Below, piece after piece: positions 10,001 to 20,209 of a DNA stretch of 64,000 nucleotides. The notes beneath the pieces were generated by a model, which was not told the origin of the DNA, searched no databases, and was given only the letters and a program-made list of their open reading frames with translations. Source of the DNA: Patescibacteria group bacterium (GTDB taxonomy: Bacteria > Patescibacteriota > Microgenomatia > UBA8517); NCBI GenBank assembly GCA_036835125.1, contig DAITMO010000001.1, positions 191,508 through 255,507 of the forward strand, written 5' to 3'. Each line of letters begins with the position of its first letter. Position 1 is the stretch's first letter. The position numbers were made by a program, and so were the translations under genes.

Positions 10001-10498
10001 AAAACTCATGCCAGATCAACTGGTCCATACTCTTTAGTCACTCAACAACCTCTTGGAGGAAAGGCTCAAATGGGAGGCCAAAGGCTTGGAGAAATGGAGG
10101 TTTGGGCACTTGAATCTCATAGGGCTTCTCATACATTGCAAGAAATGATAACAATCAAATCCGACGATGTGTTGGGTCGTGCAAAAGCATTTGAAGCAAT
10201 AGTTAAGGGTACAGAAATTCCAGAATCAACAATTCCTGAAAGCTTTAAGGTTTTAGTCCGTGAACTTAATTCACTTGGTCTTGCTATTGATCCCAAAGGG
10301 GCTGTGTTGGCAAAAGAAGAAGTTTTAGATGTTGCTGAGGGAGAAAAATTTGCAGAAGCACTGGGAGCTGAAGCTGTAGTCACAGATGAGTTAACAGATG
10401 ATACAGGACTTATGGAAATAGAAGAAGTTGTTGAGCCTGAGACAGAAGCAGAACTAGAAGCCGAAGTTGAAGTGAATACTAAAGAAACGGAAGAATAA
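7070..10498 (+). CDS. rpoB: DNA-directed RNA polymerase beta subunit.
   Basis: 1142 aa. Hallmark blocks ...RRLRRVGELV..., ...GRHGNKGVVSKI..., ...NMQCQAVPL... with acidic C-terminal tail. Confidence 0.95.
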   Translation: MISQKSTRKNFGKEEKDLPKINLSEVQRESWQWFLGEGIKNELATISPIDDFTGKNWQLFLGDHSLGLPTISPRTAQKKGITYASPIKINATLVNKRTGKEVTQEVFLGDIPQMTTAGTFIINGIERAVINQIVRSPGAYFSGELDPSSGRVLYKAEVRPLHGSWLEFEVTRGDLIYARIDRRRKVLATTFLRALGVDSDQMIIDVFKEIDTDKDHKYIEATLKKDNAKTQEEALIEIYRKMRPGEPAVLENAEGLFASLFTDGRRYDLGKVGRFKINKKLGLNVPNEKENWVLTRQDAVATVSYLIGLQNGVGKLDDIDHLSNRRLRRVGELVAVNAFRVGLLRLERSVKEKMSLISPDDRPLPATLINARPLIASLNEFFRSNQLSTILDDTNPLSEVDNLRRVSVLGTGGINRERASFSIRDVNASQYGRIDPIRSPEGPNIGLVTYLSLYARVNEFGFLETLYKKVVKDGKKMKVTDEIVYLSADDEEDHYITHSGIGIDENGYITDKRVPLRYRGKFIEGASNLVEYIDVTPRQVVGASASLIPFLANDEGNRALMGSNMQCQAVPLVNPESPIVGTGMEGEIASGMGRVVKAKHAGIVEFADGEKVVVKLAKKLKGDEDLTDDVEVIDGGTREVYHLTKFKRTAHSTCYNQITRVMSGQKVAEGDILVDGPASENGELGLGRNLTIAYTSLGGYGFEDAILISDRLVKEDLLTSIHIEEYEAEVVDTKLGPEEITNDIPNVSEAELANLASDGIVMIGAEVGPNDILVGKIAPKGETELTSEERLLRAIFGEKAREVRDTSLRVPHGERGTVVEVQILDRDKGDELGPGVIKKVIVRVAQIRKITVGDKVAGRHGNKGVVSKIMPVSDMPYLADGTPVDICISPLSVISRMNLGQLMEAHLGWALKTEGIKGALPVFDKIGAEIIADELKAAGLPVNGKARLYDGRTGEAFQEDTVVGVSYIMKLIHMVEDKTHARSTGPYSLVTQQPLGGKAQMGGQRLGEMEVWALESHRASHTLQEMITIKSDDVLGRAKAFEAIVKGTEIPESTIPESFKVLVRELNSLGLAIDPKGAVLAKEEVLDVAEGEKFAEALGAEAVVTDELTDDTGLMEIEEVVEPETEAELEAEVEVNTKETEE

Positions 10499-10529
10499 TT
10501 TGTGATAAAATACTAATCTTGACGAAAAC

Positions 10530-13500
10530 ATGGAACAATTAGCAGATTTAAAAAATTTAACAGATTTTAAGAGTTTACTTATAAGATTAGCCTCTCCAGA
10601 GGAGATTCGTGCATGGAGTAGAGGAGAAATAACAAAACCTGAAACTATTAATTATAGAACTCTTAAACCCGAAAAGGATGGCCTTTTTGATGAGAGAATT
10701 TTCGGACCCACAAAAGACTGGGAGTGTTACTGTGGAAAGTATAAAAGAATCAGATACAAAGGAGTTATTTGTGATAAATGTGGGGTTGAAGTCACAGAAT
10801 CAAGAGTCAGACGTGAGAGAATGGGACACATTTCCCTGGCTACACCTGTGGCCCATGTTTGGTTTTTCAAAGGAGCTCCAAGCAAAATCTCTCTTCTTTT
10901 GGGTGTTGCTCCAAGAGGAATAGAACAAGTTATATATTTTGCCAGATATTTGGTTACTGAAGTTGATGAAGAGGGAAGAAAAGTGGCCATTAAAAATATA
11001 CAAGAAGCCAAAGATAGTAGTCTTGTGGAGATTGCTGAGAATTTCAAATCTAAACGAGATGCTTTGAAAATTGAGGAAAATGAAGCTAAAGAAAAAATTG
11101 CCACAAAGATAAAAGACAAAGAACAAGCTTCTTTGGCGGTTGGAGAAATAGAGCTTAATCTTAGAAAAAAAGAAGCCGCAATTAATGAAGAAGAAAAGTC
11201 TACTATTGCACGAACAAGTGAACTTTTTGAAAATTTAATAGCAATTATCAAAAGTTTAAGACCTCTTAGTATATTAAGTGAAGAGGAGTTTGATGAACTT
11301 TATAATCGTGAAGCAACTGATTTCTTTGTTGCAAAAATGGGAGCAGATGCTGTGCTTGAGGCAATTGGAAAAGTAAACCTTGAAGAAGTTGCAAAAGAAC
11401 TTCGTGAAGAAATAAGTTCCACAAAAGGTGGTAGTTCAAAATACATAAAAATAGTCAAAAGACTCAAATTAATAGATGGACTTAGACGTGCAAAAGTAAA
11501 TCCATCTTGGATGGTAATGAAAGTATTGCCGGTTCTTCCTCCTGACCTACGACCAATGGTTCAACTTTCAGGTGGACGTTTTGCAACAAGCGACCTTAAC
11601 GATCTATATAGAAGAGTAATAAACAGGAATAACAGACTAAAACACCTTATTGGCCTTGGTGCACCTGAAATAATTTTAAGAAACGAAAAAAGGATGCTTC
11701 AAGAGGCGGTAGATTCTTTGATTGACGCTTCTCAAAGAAAAGCAACAAGAAAATCTCGTGGAAGACAGCCCTTAAGAAGTTTATCTGACATGCTTCGTGG
11801 AAAACAAGGAAGATTTCGACAAAACCTTCTTGGAAAGCGTGTTGATTATTCGGGGCGAAGTGTTGTTATAGTTGGACCTGAACTTAAACTTACACAGTGC
11901 GGACTTCCTAAAGATATGGCTCTTGAGATGTTTAAACCCTTTGTGTTGAAAGAAATGATTGCTCGTGGAATTGCACCAAACGTCAAAAGTGCTAAAAATA
12001 TGCTTGAAAGAAGACCACCAGAGGTATTTGATATTTTGGAAGAAATTACAAAGAATCATCCAGTACTTCTCAACCGTGCTCCTACATTGCACAAGCTTTC
12101 AATCCAGTCGTTCTACCCAGTTTTGATTGAAGGAAGTGCTATAAGGTTGCATCCAGCGGTATGTAGTGGATTTAATGCTGATTTCGATGGAGATCAAATG
12201 GCTGTCCACGTTCCTCTTTCAGAAAAAGCCATTGAAGAAGCAAGGACACTAATGCTTCCTACCAACAATTTACTTAAACCATCTGATGGTGGTCCTGCAG
12301 CAACACCTGCAAGTAAAGAAATTGCATTAGGAGTATATTATTTAACGTCAAAAGACAACAATCTTGAAACCTACAAGAGTATTTTTGTAGACAAAGAAGA
12401 GGCTATTCTTGCCCAACAGATAGGTAAAATATCTATAAGACAACTGATCAAAGTTAAAGTAGGAAAAGAAATTGTTGAAACAACTGTTGGTAGATTAATC
12501 TTTAATGAGGTTCTTCCAGAAAACTTTGATTTTATAAATGAAGCAGTGACCTCTTCTGTAATAAAATCTTTGTTTGTTAAAGCATATGCAACGGTGTCTA
12601 GAGAAAGAGTCGTTCAGCTTGTAGATGATGTTAAGAATCTAGGTTTCTATGGGGGAACAATTTCAGGTATTTCTTTTGGAATATTTGATGCAAAAGTATT
12701 TCCAGGTAAGGCAAAAGTTTTGGAAGAAGCAGATAAGAAAGTTTCGGAGATTGAAGAAAATTTTCATCAAGGTTTAATTACAGCAGAAGAGAAACGTCGA
12801 CTTACTCAGGAAATTTGGATTGATGTCTCAGAGGACTTGGCAGATAAAACATGGAATGAGATGGAGCCAGACAATCCAATTCGTGTAGTAATTGATGCTA
12901 AAGTCGGGCGTGCTTCCAGAGACCAAGTTAAACAGCTTGCAGCTATCCGTGGACTTGTGGTGGACCCTATGGGTAAGATTGTTGAACTTCCAATCAAGAG
13001 TAACTTTAGAGAAGGGCTTTCTGCCTTTGAGTATGTTACAAGCTCTCGTGGATCCAGAAAAGGATTAACAGACACCGCCATCAAGACTGCAGATGCGGGT
13101 TATTTGACTAGACGATTAGTAGATGTTGCACACGATTTGATAATTAGACAAGATGATTGTGGTGAAAGTGAAGGATATGAAATCAAAAAAAGTATCAGAT
13201 CCCAATCTTTTGTAAACAGAATTTTTGGAAGATTTGCAGCACGAGATATTGTTTCTAAAAATGGTAAAACAATGTTAGTTTCTGCTGGAGAAATTATAGA
13301 TGAGGCTTTAGCAAAGAAAATTGATGAGGAGGGAGTATCATCAGTGTTTGTTAGGTCTCCTCTTACATGTAAAGCTAGACATGGAATCTGTGTAAAGTGT
13401 TATGGTTGGGATCTTGGGACGAGATCTACTGTTGAAATTGGAATGCCTGTTGGTGTGGTCGCAGCTCAATCTATTGGAGAACCAGGAACTCAACTTACCC

Positions 13501-14240
13501 TTCGTACTAAGCATGCTGCAGGTGTTGTCGGAATTGACGTCACACAAGGTTTACCACGTGTTGAGGAACTTGTTGAAGCACGTCTTCCAAAAGTTGTTTC
13601 TGCACTTGCTGAAATTACAGGTAGAGCAAGAGTAACTGAAACTGATGAAGGATGGAAAGTTACAATTACGGCTAAAGGTACACAAAAAGAGGAAAAAGAA
13701 TATATTGTTCCCAAGACTTTGGAGCTTAATATTGAGGATGGAGAATTAGTTGAGGCAGGGCGTCCACTTGCAAAAGGTTCCCTAGATATCAAAGATATTC
13801 TTTCAATTAAGGGACTTAAATCAGCTCAAGAATATATTGTTAATGAAATTCAAAATGTTTATGAATCCCAGGGGATTCCAATAAACGATAGACATGTTGA
13901 AGTTATTGTCAGAAAAATGAGTGATGAAGTTAGAATTGTTACAACTGGTGACACACCTTTCCTTCCAGGAGAGCTCACAAGCCGTACCAATTTTGATGAG
14001 GAAAATGAAAAAGTATTGGCAGCAGGTGGAGAACCAGCAAGTGCTCAACAGGTGGTTTTGGGTATAACAAGACGTGCCCTTTATACAGATAGCTGGCTTT
14101 CTGCAGCATCATTTGAACAAACAACAGATGTTCTTACAGAATCTTCTCTTCTAGGACGCGAAGATTATCTTATAGGACTAAAAGAGAATGTTATTATAGG
14201 TAGACTTATCCCAGTATCACCAGAAAAGGCTCAGTTATAA
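10530..14240 (+). CDS. rpoC: DNA-directed RNA polymerase beta' subunit.
   Basis: 1236 aa. Zn-finger [23 protein letters not shown], the [14 protein letters not shown] catalytic motif, trigger-loop and C-terminal Cys motifs. Confidence 0.95.
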   Translation: MEQLADLKNLTDFKSLLIRLASPEEIRAWSRGEITKPETINYRTLKPEKDGLFDERIFGPTKDWECYCGKYKRIRYKGVICDKCGVEVTESRVRRERMGHISLATPVAHVWFFKGAPSKISLLLGVAPRGIEQVIYFARYLVTEVDEEGRKVAIKNIQEAKDSSLVEIAENFKSKRDALKIEENEAKEKIATKIKDKEQASLAVGEIELNLRKKEAAINEEEKSTIARTSELFENLIAIIKSLRPLSILSEEEFDELYNREATDFFVAKMGADAVLEAIGKVNLEEVAKELREEISSTKGGSSKYIKIVKRLKLIDGLRRAKVNPSWMVMKVLPVLPPDLRPMVQLSGGRFATSDLNDLYRRVINRNNRLKHLIGLGAPEIILRNEKRMLQEAVDSLIDASQRKATRKSRGRQPLRSLSDMLRGKQGRFRQNLLGKRVDYSGRSVVIVGPELKLTQCGLPKDMALEMFKPFVLKEMIARGIAPNVKSAKNMLERRPPEVFDILEEITKNHPVLLNRAPTLHKLSIQSFYPVLIEGSAIRLHPAVCSGFNADFDGDQMAVHVPLSEKAIEEARTLMLPTNNLLKPSDGGPAATPASKEIALGVYYLTSKDNNLETYKSIFVDKEEAILAQQIGKISIRQLIKVKVGKEIVETTVGRLIFNEVLPENFDFINEAVTSSVIKSLFVKAYATVSRERVVQLVDDVKNLGFYGGTISGISFGIFDAKVFPGKAKVLEEADKKVSEIEENFHQGLITAEEKRRLTQEIWIDVSEDLADKTWNEMEPDNPIRVVIDAKVGRASRDQVKQLAAIRGLVVDPMGKIVELPIKSNFREGLSAFEYVTSSRGSRKGLTDTAIKTADAGYLTRRLVDVAHDLIIRQDDCGESEGYEIKKSIRSQSFVNRIFGRFAARDIVSKNGKTMLVSAGEIIDEALAKKIDEEGVSSVFVRSPLTCKARHGICVKCYGWDLGTRSTVEIGMPVGVVAAQSIGEPGTQLTLRTKHAAGVVGIDVTQGLPRVEELVEARLPKVVSALAEITGRARVTETDEGWKVTITAKGTQKEEKEYIVPKTLELNIEDGELVEAGRPLAKGSLDIKDILSIKGLKSAQEYIVNEIQNVYESQGIPINDRHVEVIVRKMSDEVRIVTTGDTPFLPGELTSRTNFDEENEKVLAAGGEPASAQQVVLGITRRALYTDSWLSAASFEQTTDVLTESSLLGREDYLIGLKENVIIGRLIPVSPEKAQL

Positions 14241-14247
14241 TTATATT

Positions 14248-14664
14248 ATGCCAACAGTAAATCAATTAGTTAGATTCGGTCGAAAGAAAAGTATTAAAAA
14301 GACCCAGACAACATCTTTAAAAAAGTCTTTTAATGCAATGACTAGAAAATTTTCTAGTAGCCACTCCTCTTTCAAGAGAGGAGTTGTATTGGCTGTTCGT
14401 ACAATGACACCAAAAAAACCAAATTCTGCTCTTCGTAAAGTTGCAAGGGTAAGACTTTCAAATAAACAGGAAATCACAGCTTATATTCCAGGAGAAGGAC
14501 ATGAGTTGGCAGAACATTCAATTGTTATGGTTAGAGGAGGGCGTGTTAAAGATCTTCCTGGTGTAAAATATCATGTTGTTCGTGGTAGGTATGATACGAC
14601 TGGAGTTTCAGGGAGACAGGCTGGAAGAAGTAAGTATGGAGCAAAGAAAGGGGGAAATAAATAA
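14248..14664 (+). CDS. rpsL: 30S ribosomal protein S12.
   Basis: [14 protein letters not shown]...[16 protein letters not shown]. Confidence 0.95.
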   Translation: MPTVNQLVRFGRKKSIKKTQTTSLKKSFNAMTRKFSSSHSSFKRGVVLAVRTMTPKKPNSALRKVARVRLSNKQEITAYIPGEGHELAEHSIVMVRGGRVKDLPGVKYHVVRGRYDTTGVSGRQAGRSKYGAKKGGNK

Positions 14665-15143
14665 TGGCAAGAAAAGGTACTATTAAAATCAAAATAGTTG
14701 AGCCAGATCCAATTTATAGTGACAGACTTGTAACAAAGCTTATAAATAGAAGCATGATTGATGGTAAAAAATCAGTAGCAAGAAAGGAAATTTATAAAGC
14801 TTTTGAAATAGTGAAAGAAAAAACAGAAAGCGATCCTTTAAAAGTATTTAATCAGGCACTCGACAATATTAGACCTACAATGGAAGTTAGACCCCGAAGA
14901 ATTGGTGGAGCGGCATATCAGGTTCCTCAAGCTGTTCGTGGAGTAAGACGTGACTCTTTAGCAATAAGATGGTTAGTTTTAGCTGCCAATGCAAAATCAA
15001 ATTCCGAATTCCACACATATGCAGAAAAGCTTGCAACAGAAATAATGGATGCAGCAAAAGGTGAAGGGTCTACAGTAAAGAAGAGAACTGATATGGAAAA
15101 AACAGCAGAAGCGAATAAAGCATTTAGTCATTTTAGATGGTAA
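14664..15143 (+). CDS. rpsG: 30S ribosomal protein S7.
   Basis: [31 protein letters not shown]...; ATGG overlap with the rpsL stop. Confidence 0.95.
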   Translation: MARKGTIKIKIVEPDPIYSDRLVTKLINRSMIDGKKSVARKEIYKAFEIVKEKTESDPLKVFNQALDNIRPTMEVRPRRIGGAAYQVPQAVRGVRRDSLAIRWLVLAANAKSNSEFHTYAEKLATEIMDAAKGEGSTVKKRTDMEKTAEANKAFSHFRW

Positions 15144-15175
15144 TCCTATAATATTCAATTTGTTAGAATAACAAT

Positions 15176-17344
15176 ATGGCAGAAGTAGCAAAGAAAAAAG
15201 CGAGCATTGTAGTCACTGCGACAAAAGATCGCAATGTTTCCTATGAAAAAATTAGAAACATTGGAATTATTGCACATATTGATGCAGGAAAAACTACAAC
15301 TACAGAGAGACTTCTTTTTGAAACAGGACGTACATACAAGCTAGGTTCGGTTGATGATGGAACAACAGTTACAGACTGGATGGCACAAGAGCGTGAGCGT
15401 GGAATCACTATAGTTTCAGCTGCAATAACTGCTTTCTGGGATCTTAAGAATGCAACTTCAGTTGAGGCAGGCCACTACAGAATAAATCTTATTGATACAC
15501 CCGGACACATTGATTTTACTGCAGAAGTTGAGCGTTCCTTAAGGGTTCTTGATGGAGCTGTAATGGTTTTTGATGGAAGAACGGGAGTTGAAAGCCAATC
15601 CGAAACAGTTTGGAGACAGGCTGATAAATATAATGTTCCAAGAATTTGTGTTCTTAACAAATTAAACTTAATTGGAGCTGATTTTGAGTCTTCAATTAAA
15701 TCGATTCGTGAGAGACTTCGAGCCAATGCCTCACCTGTAGTATATCCAATAGGTCTTGAACATGAACATAGAGGTGTTATTGATCTAATTAAAATGAAGG
15801 CTTTAACATATAAAGCAGTTGAAGATCATGCTCTAACAGAAGAAGAAATTCCAGGAGATTTACTAGATATTGCCAAAAAATACCGTTCAGAACTTATAGA
15901 AAAAGTATCTGAATTTGATGATGAAGCTCTTAATATGTATTTGGAGGGTAAAGAGCCTGATGAAGCAACTCTTAAGCGTGCAATAAGGAAGGGTGTAATA
16001 TCAGGAAAATTCTTCCCAGTGTTTGGAGGAGATAATAGAACAGCAGAAAGCCAGTTGCTTTTAGATGGAGTAGTTGAATACTTACCTTCCCCAATTGACC
16101 TTCCTCCAGTTGAAGGATCCAATCCAAAAACAGGAGAAAAAGAAACAAGGGAAAGAAAAAATGAAGCCCCAATGAGTGCCTTGGCATTCAAAGTTATAAC
16201 AGACCCACACGTTGGACGTCTGGTGTACGTTAGGGTTTATTCAGGATCAATCAAAGCAGGGCAAGAGGTTTATAACACTTCAAAGCAAAAAAGTGAAAGA
16301 ATTGGAAAATTACTTCTACTTCATGCAGACCAAAGAGAACTGATCGAAGAAGCATTTGCTGGAGAAATTGTAGCTGTAGTTGGAGTTAAAGAAACTTCAA
16401 CTGGGGACACAATTTGTGATACAGGTCATTCCATTATTCTTGAATCAATTACTTTTCCTGAGCCCGTTATATCTCTGGCAATTGAGCCTGCTACCAAAAT
16501 TGATCAGGAGAAAATGGGAATTGCATTAAATAAACTTTCAGACGAGGATCCAACATTTAGAATCAAGAGTAATGCTGAGACAGGACAAACAATTATTAGT
16601 GGAATGGGAGAACTTCAGCTTGAAGTTTTAGTTGATCGTATGAAGAGGGAGTTTAATGTTATAGCTCAAACTGGTGCACCACAAGTTGCATACAAAGAAA
16701 CAATTGGCAAGCTTGGTGAAGGTGAGGGTAAGTATATTAGACAAACTGGAGGTCGTGGTCAATATGGACACTGCTTGCTTCGTTTAGAGCCTCTTGGACG
16801 TGGTGAAGGATTTGAATTCAAGAGTGAAATCAAAGGTGGAGCAATTCCTCAAGAATACATCCCAGCAATTGAAAAAGGTATTATTGAAAAAATGGAAAAT
16901 GGAGTTATGGCGGGATTCCCAATGGTTGATATGAGAGTTGTTGTGTATGACGGTAGCTTCCATGAAGTTGATTCTTCTGAAATGGCATTTAAGATTGCAG
17001 GGAGCATGGCACTTGAAGCAGCATTTAAAAATAGTGATCCAACACTTCTTGAACCTATTATGAAGGTTGAGGTGTTTACACCAGGTGAGTATATGGGAGA
17101 TGTTATCGGAGATTTATCAAGTAAACGTGCTCAAGTATCTGGAAGTGAAGAAAAAGGAGGAGAAACAGTTATTTATGCACAAGCCCCACTATCTGAGTTA
17201 TCTGGATATGCTACAAAACTAAGATCCTTAACTCAGGGTAGAGCAAGGGCTTATGTGGAACCAAGTCATTATGAAGTAGTTCCAAGCCACATTGCAGCTC
17301 AAATTGTAGAGAAGAGTGGTAAGGTTGAAATGCCACGAGGCTAA
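15176..17344 (+). CDS. fusA: Elongation factor G.
   Basis: GIIAHIDAGKTTTTER, DTPGHIDF, NKLN G-domain motifs. 722 aa. Confidence 0.95.
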   Translation: MAEVAKKKASIVVTATKDRNVSYEKIRNIGIIAHIDAGKTTTTERLLFETGRTYKLGSVDDGTTVTDWMAQERERGITIVSAAITAFWDLKNATSVEAGHYRINLIDTPGHIDFTAEVERSLRVLDGAVMVFDGRTGVESQSETVWRQADKYNVPRICVLNKLNLIGADFESSIKSIRERLRANASPVVYPIGLEHEHRGVIDLIKMKALTYKAVEDHALTEEEIPGDLLDIAKKYRSELIEKVSEFDDEALNMYLEGKEPDEATLKRAIRKGVISGKFFPVFGGDNRTAESQLLLDGVVEYLPSPIDLPPVEGSNPKTGEKETRERKNEAPMSALAFKVITDPHVGRLVYVRVYSGSIKAGQEVYNTSKQKSERIGKLLLLHADQRELIEEAFAGEIVAVVGVKETSTGDTICDTGHSIILESITFPEPVISLAIEPATKIDQEKMGIALNKLSDEDPTFRIKSNAETGQTIISGMGELQLEVLVDRMKREFNVIAQTGAPQVAYKETIGKLGEGEGKYIRQTGGRGQYGHCLLRLEPLGRGEGFEFKSEIKGGAIPQEYIPAIEKGIIEKMENGVMAGFPMVDMRVVVYDGSFHEVDSSEMAFKIAGSMALEAAFKNSDPTLLEPIMKVEVFTPGEYMGDVIGDLSSKRAQVSGSEEKGGETVIYAQAPLSELSGYATKLRSLTQGRARAYVEPSHYEVVPSHIAAQIVEKSGKVEMPRG

Positions 17345-17354
17345 AAGTTCCCTG

Positions 17355-17384
17355 TTGACAGGCACAATTAGCCTTGGGTATAAT
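17355..17384 (+). promoter_or_regulatory. Consensus sigma70 promoter for tuf (TTGACA-17-gTATAAT).
   Basis: ttgacaggcacaattagccttgggtataat read directly. A GGTTAC-aaa-GTAACC leader hairpin follows. Confidence 0.55.
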
Positions 17385-17446
17385 TCAATCTCAGGTTACA
17401 AAGTAACCCTTGTAACATTAAAAAGTAAGTTATATAATACATACCT

Positions 17447-18640
17447 ATGGCAGGCGACGCAAAACAAAAATTTGAAAGAAGCAAACCACACGTAAACATT
17501 GGTACTATTGGTCACGTTGACCATGGTAAAACAACTTTAACTTCAGCAATTACATTAGTTTTAGCAAAGAAAGGTTTAGCACAAGCTAAAAAATATGAAG
17601 ATATTGATAGTGCTCCAGAAGAAAGAGAGCGTGGAGTCACAATCAATCTTTCTCACCAAGAATATGAAACAGAGAAAAGGCATTATGCTCACATTGATGC
17701 TCCAGGACATGCTGATTACATCAAAAACATGATCACAGGAGCAGCTCAAATGGATGGAGCAATTTTGGTAGTTTCCGCAGCTGACGGTCCAATGCCTCAA
17801 ACTCGTGAACACGTTATTTTAGCTAAACAAGTTAATGTTCCAGCAATAGTAGTCTTCCTTAATAAATGTGACATGGTATCAGATCCTGAGCTTATTGATT
17901 TGGTTGAAGCTGATGTTAGGGAGCTTCTTAAGAAATATGGATATCCAGGCGATGAAGTTCCTGTAATCAAGGGAAGTGCTCTTAAAGCAATTGAGGGAGA
18001 TGCCGAAGCAGAGAAGAAAATTCAAGAGCTTATGGATTCTGTTGATAGTTACATTCCAGATCCAGTTCGTGAAGTTGACAAGCCATTCTTAATGGCTGTT
18101 GAGGATGTTTTTACAATTCAAGGACGCGGAACAGTTGTTACAGGAAGAGTTGATCGTGGAGTTATCAAAGTCAATGAAGAAATTGAAATAGTTGGACTTA
18201 AAGAGACACAAAAATCAGTTGTAACTGGTCTTGAAATGTTTAGAAAGACACTTGATGAAGCTCAGGCGGGAGACAATGTTGGAGTATTGCTTCGTGGAAT
18301 TGAAAAATCTCAAGTTGAACGTGGTCAGGTTCTTGCAAAAGCAGGAAGCTTAACACCTCATACAGATTTTGAAGCAGAAGTTTATATCTTAAGTAAAGAA
18401 GAAGGGGGTCGTCACACACCGTTTTTTACAGGCTACAAGCCACAATTTTACATAAAGACAGCAGATATTACAGGTGAGGCCACACTTCCAGAAGGAATTG
18501 AAATGGTTATGCCTGGAGATAATGCAAAAATGACTGTTAAGCTTATTGCCCCAGTCGCAATGGAGGAAGGATTTAGATTCGCAATTAGAGAAGGTGGACA
18601 CACGGTTGGAGATGGTGTTATCACAAAAATCCTTAAGTAA
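17447..18640 (+). CDS. tuf: Elongation factor Tu.
   Basis: [23 protein letters not shown]; 397 aa. Confidence 0.95.
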   Translation: MAGDAKQKFERSKPHVNIGTIGHVDHGKTTLTSAITLVLAKKGLAQAKKYEDIDSAPEERERGVTINLSHQEYETEKRHYAHIDAPGHADYIKNMITGAAQMDGAILVVSAADGPMPQTREHVILAKQVNVPAIVVFLNKCDMVSDPELIDLVEADVRELLKKYGYPGDEVPVIKGSALKAIEGDAEAEKKIQELMDSVDSYIPDPVREVDKPFLMAVEDVFTIQGRGTVVTGRVDRGVIKVNEEIEIVGLKETQKSVVTGLEMFRKTLDEAQAGDNVGVLLRGIEKSQVERGQVLAKAGSLTPHTDFEAEVYILSKEEGGRHTPFFTGYKPQFYIKTADITGEATLPEGIEMVMPGDNAKMTVKLIAPVAMEEGFRFAIREGGHTVGDGVITKILK

Positions 18641-18655
18641 TTAGTACCTTAACCA

Positions 18656-18964
18656 ATGGCAAGCTCAAGACTTAGAGTAAAGCTCAAGAGTTACGACCAT
18701 AGAGTCGTAGACGAAGCGGCAGCTAAAATTGTAGATACCGCTCTTGCTACTGGTGCAAAAATAGTTGGCCCCATTCCTCTCCCCACAAAAAGATCCATGA
18801 TGGCAGTTAAGGAATCTCCTTTTACTGACAAAGATGCACAGGAACATTTTGAAGTATTAGTTCATAAACGCTTAATTGACATAGTTGATCCATCAGCTCG
18901 TACAGTTGATTCTCTTGGAAATATGGATCTTCCTGCTGGTGTTTCCATTGAGATTAAGATGTAA
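18656..18964 (+). CDS. rpsJ: 30S ribosomal protein S10.
   Basis: RLRVKLKSYDHRVVDEAAAKIVDTALATGAKIVGPIPLPT. Confidence 0.95.
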   Translation: MASSRLRVKLKSYDHRVVDEAAAKIVDTALATGAKIVGPIPLPTKRSMMAVKESPFTDKDAQEHFEVLVHKRLIDIVDPSARTVDSLGNMDLPAGVSIEIKM

Positions 18965-19061
18965 GTCTTCAATTCAGTATTTGCCTTTTTTCTACAAAAA
19001 GTTTAATTTTAAATTACTAGTGGGAAAAGAACTGCCAAGTAATGGTTTTGTAGATAAGGTA

Positions 19062-19250
19062 ATGGCTTTTGATAGATATTTAGGAGATGACAGTAAAGTG
19101 TCTCTCACAGCTTATTATCTCTATCTAAAACGCCTAAGATTAGGGATATCAGGCTCTGCTGATGAGGATTGGAAAAAGGCTGAAAAATTAGTTGAAGGCC
19201 GAATTGTTAGAAAGTTGAATCAGAAGCTTGCGGAAGCTCGAGCTATTTGA
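19062..19250 (+). CDS. Small hypothetical ORF (62 aa) inside the rpsJ-rplC insert. Coding status uncertain.
   Basis: ATG 19062 with upstream AAGGT. MAFDRYLGDDSKVSLTAYYLYLKRLRLGISGSADEDWKKAEKLVEGRIVRKLNQKLAEARAI. The part of the track ORF upstream of this ATG overlaps rpsJ and was discarded. Confidence 0.3.
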   Translation: MAFDRYLGDDSKVSLTAYYLYLKRLRLGISGSADEDWKKAEKLVEGRIVRKLNQKLAEARAI

Positions 19251-19330
19251 TATAATTCCCCTCATAACATGAATGTGGTTATTCTAGTTACTAGCCACGA
19301 TTAGAGTCTTTGAAAGGAAAGCTTCAGGGG

Positions 19331-19357
19331 AAGCGCCTTACAAAGGCGCTTTTTTGT
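19331..19357 (+). terminator. Rho-independent terminator (9-bp perfect stem AAGCGCCTT / AAGGCGCTT, loop ACAA, then a T-run) between rpsJ and rplC, inside the S10-operon.
   Basis: gaagcgccttacaaaggcgcttttttgttg read directly. Confidence 0.6.
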
Positions 19358-19407
19358 TGTTTAATGCCTCAACTGACGCGGTGAGTTAGGTGGGGTCCAA
19401 AACCAAA

Positions 19408-20205
19408 ATGATAAATACTATTTTAGGATCAAAAGGAGTTTGTTCTCAAACCTTTATTGAAGGTATGAGGATTCCTGTTACAAAGGTTGTTGCAGGTCCT
19501 TGTGTCGTGACACAAATTAAAAAAGAAGATAAAGATGGATATTGGGCAATTCAGATTGGTTTTTCCTCAAGGCGCGAAAAAAATACTTCAAAATCCCTCC
19601 AGGGACATTTAAAAGAAACCTCAAAAGACAAAATTTATCCAAGATTTTTACAAGAAATAAGAGTAGAAAAGGAACCTGAAGTTAAAGTAGGAGACATTGT
19701 AAATGCCTCCGAAATTTTTAATAAAGGAGACGTTGTTGAAGTTTCCGGAATATCAAAAGGTAAGGGGTTTGCGGGAGTTGTTAAAAAATGGAACTTTAGA
19801 GGAGGACCAAGAACACACGGACAAAGTGATCGTGAGAGAGCTCCAGGTTCAATTGGACAAACAACAACTCCAGGTAGGGTTTATAAAGGAAAGAAAATGG
19901 CAGGACGCATGGGGGGAACTCAGGTTACCATCAAAAATCTTCATATAATTGATGTAAATACAGAAACAAATGAAATAGAAATTTCAGGTCAGATCCCAGG
20001 TACAACTGGTTCTTTGGTTCGCATCAAAAAGATTAAAGCAGGAAGCTTGAAAGATTTGGAGAAAGAAACTGTGGCACAAGTAGTTGAGGGAGCTGAAGCA
20101 AAAATTGCAGGTGGTAATGGAGTATCTCAGAGTCAGGCAGAGGCTCCTACCGAAGCACCAACTGAAGCTCAAGTACCAACATCTGAAGAACCAAAGACAG
20201 AATAA
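19408..20205 (+). CDS. rplC: 50S ribosomal protein L3 with a low-complexity C-terminal extension (AEAPTEAPTEAQVPTSEEPKTE).
   Basis: MINTILGSKGVCSQTF...GISKGKGFAGVVKKWNFRGGPRTHGQS. Start taken at ATG 19408 rather than track 19390. Confidence 0.9.
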   Translation: MINTILGSKGVCSQTFIEGMRIPVTKVVAGPCVVTQIKKEDKDGYWAIQIGFSSRREKNTSKSLQGHLKETSKDKIYPRFLQEIRVEKEPEVKVGDIVNASEIFNKGDVVEVSGISKGKGFAGVVKKWNFRGGPRTHGQSDRERAPGSIGQTTTPGRVYKGKKMAGRMGGTQVTIKNLHIIDVNTETNEIEISGQIPGTTGSLVRIKKIKAGSLKDLEKETVAQVVEGAEAKIAGGNGVSQSQAEAPTEAPTEAQVPTSEEPKTE

Positions 20206-20209
20206 GACT

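Noticed and set aside
10727-11251. 174-aa and 108-aa minus-strand ORFs inside rpoC, and similar antisense ORFs inside rpoB, fusA and tuf (for example 9232-9486, 15826-16191, 17576-17812).
   Set aside because: Fully antisense to unambiguous, highly conserved genes. Low-complexity Ser/Phe/Leu-rich products typical of the reverse frames of AT-rich coding DNA.
18885-19061. N-terminal part of track ORF 18885-19250 (MIHQLVQLILLEIW...).
   Set aside because: Overlaps the 3' end of rpsJ in another frame with a hydrophobic nonsense composition. Only the downstream ATG at 19062 was kept, as a low-confidence small ORF.
20084-20209. N-terminal extension of the rplD ORF (MRELKQKLQVVMEY...).
   Set aside because: Overlaps the C-terminal tail of rplC in a different frame. 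The conserved L4 N-terminus starts at ATG 20210, directly after the rplC stop.
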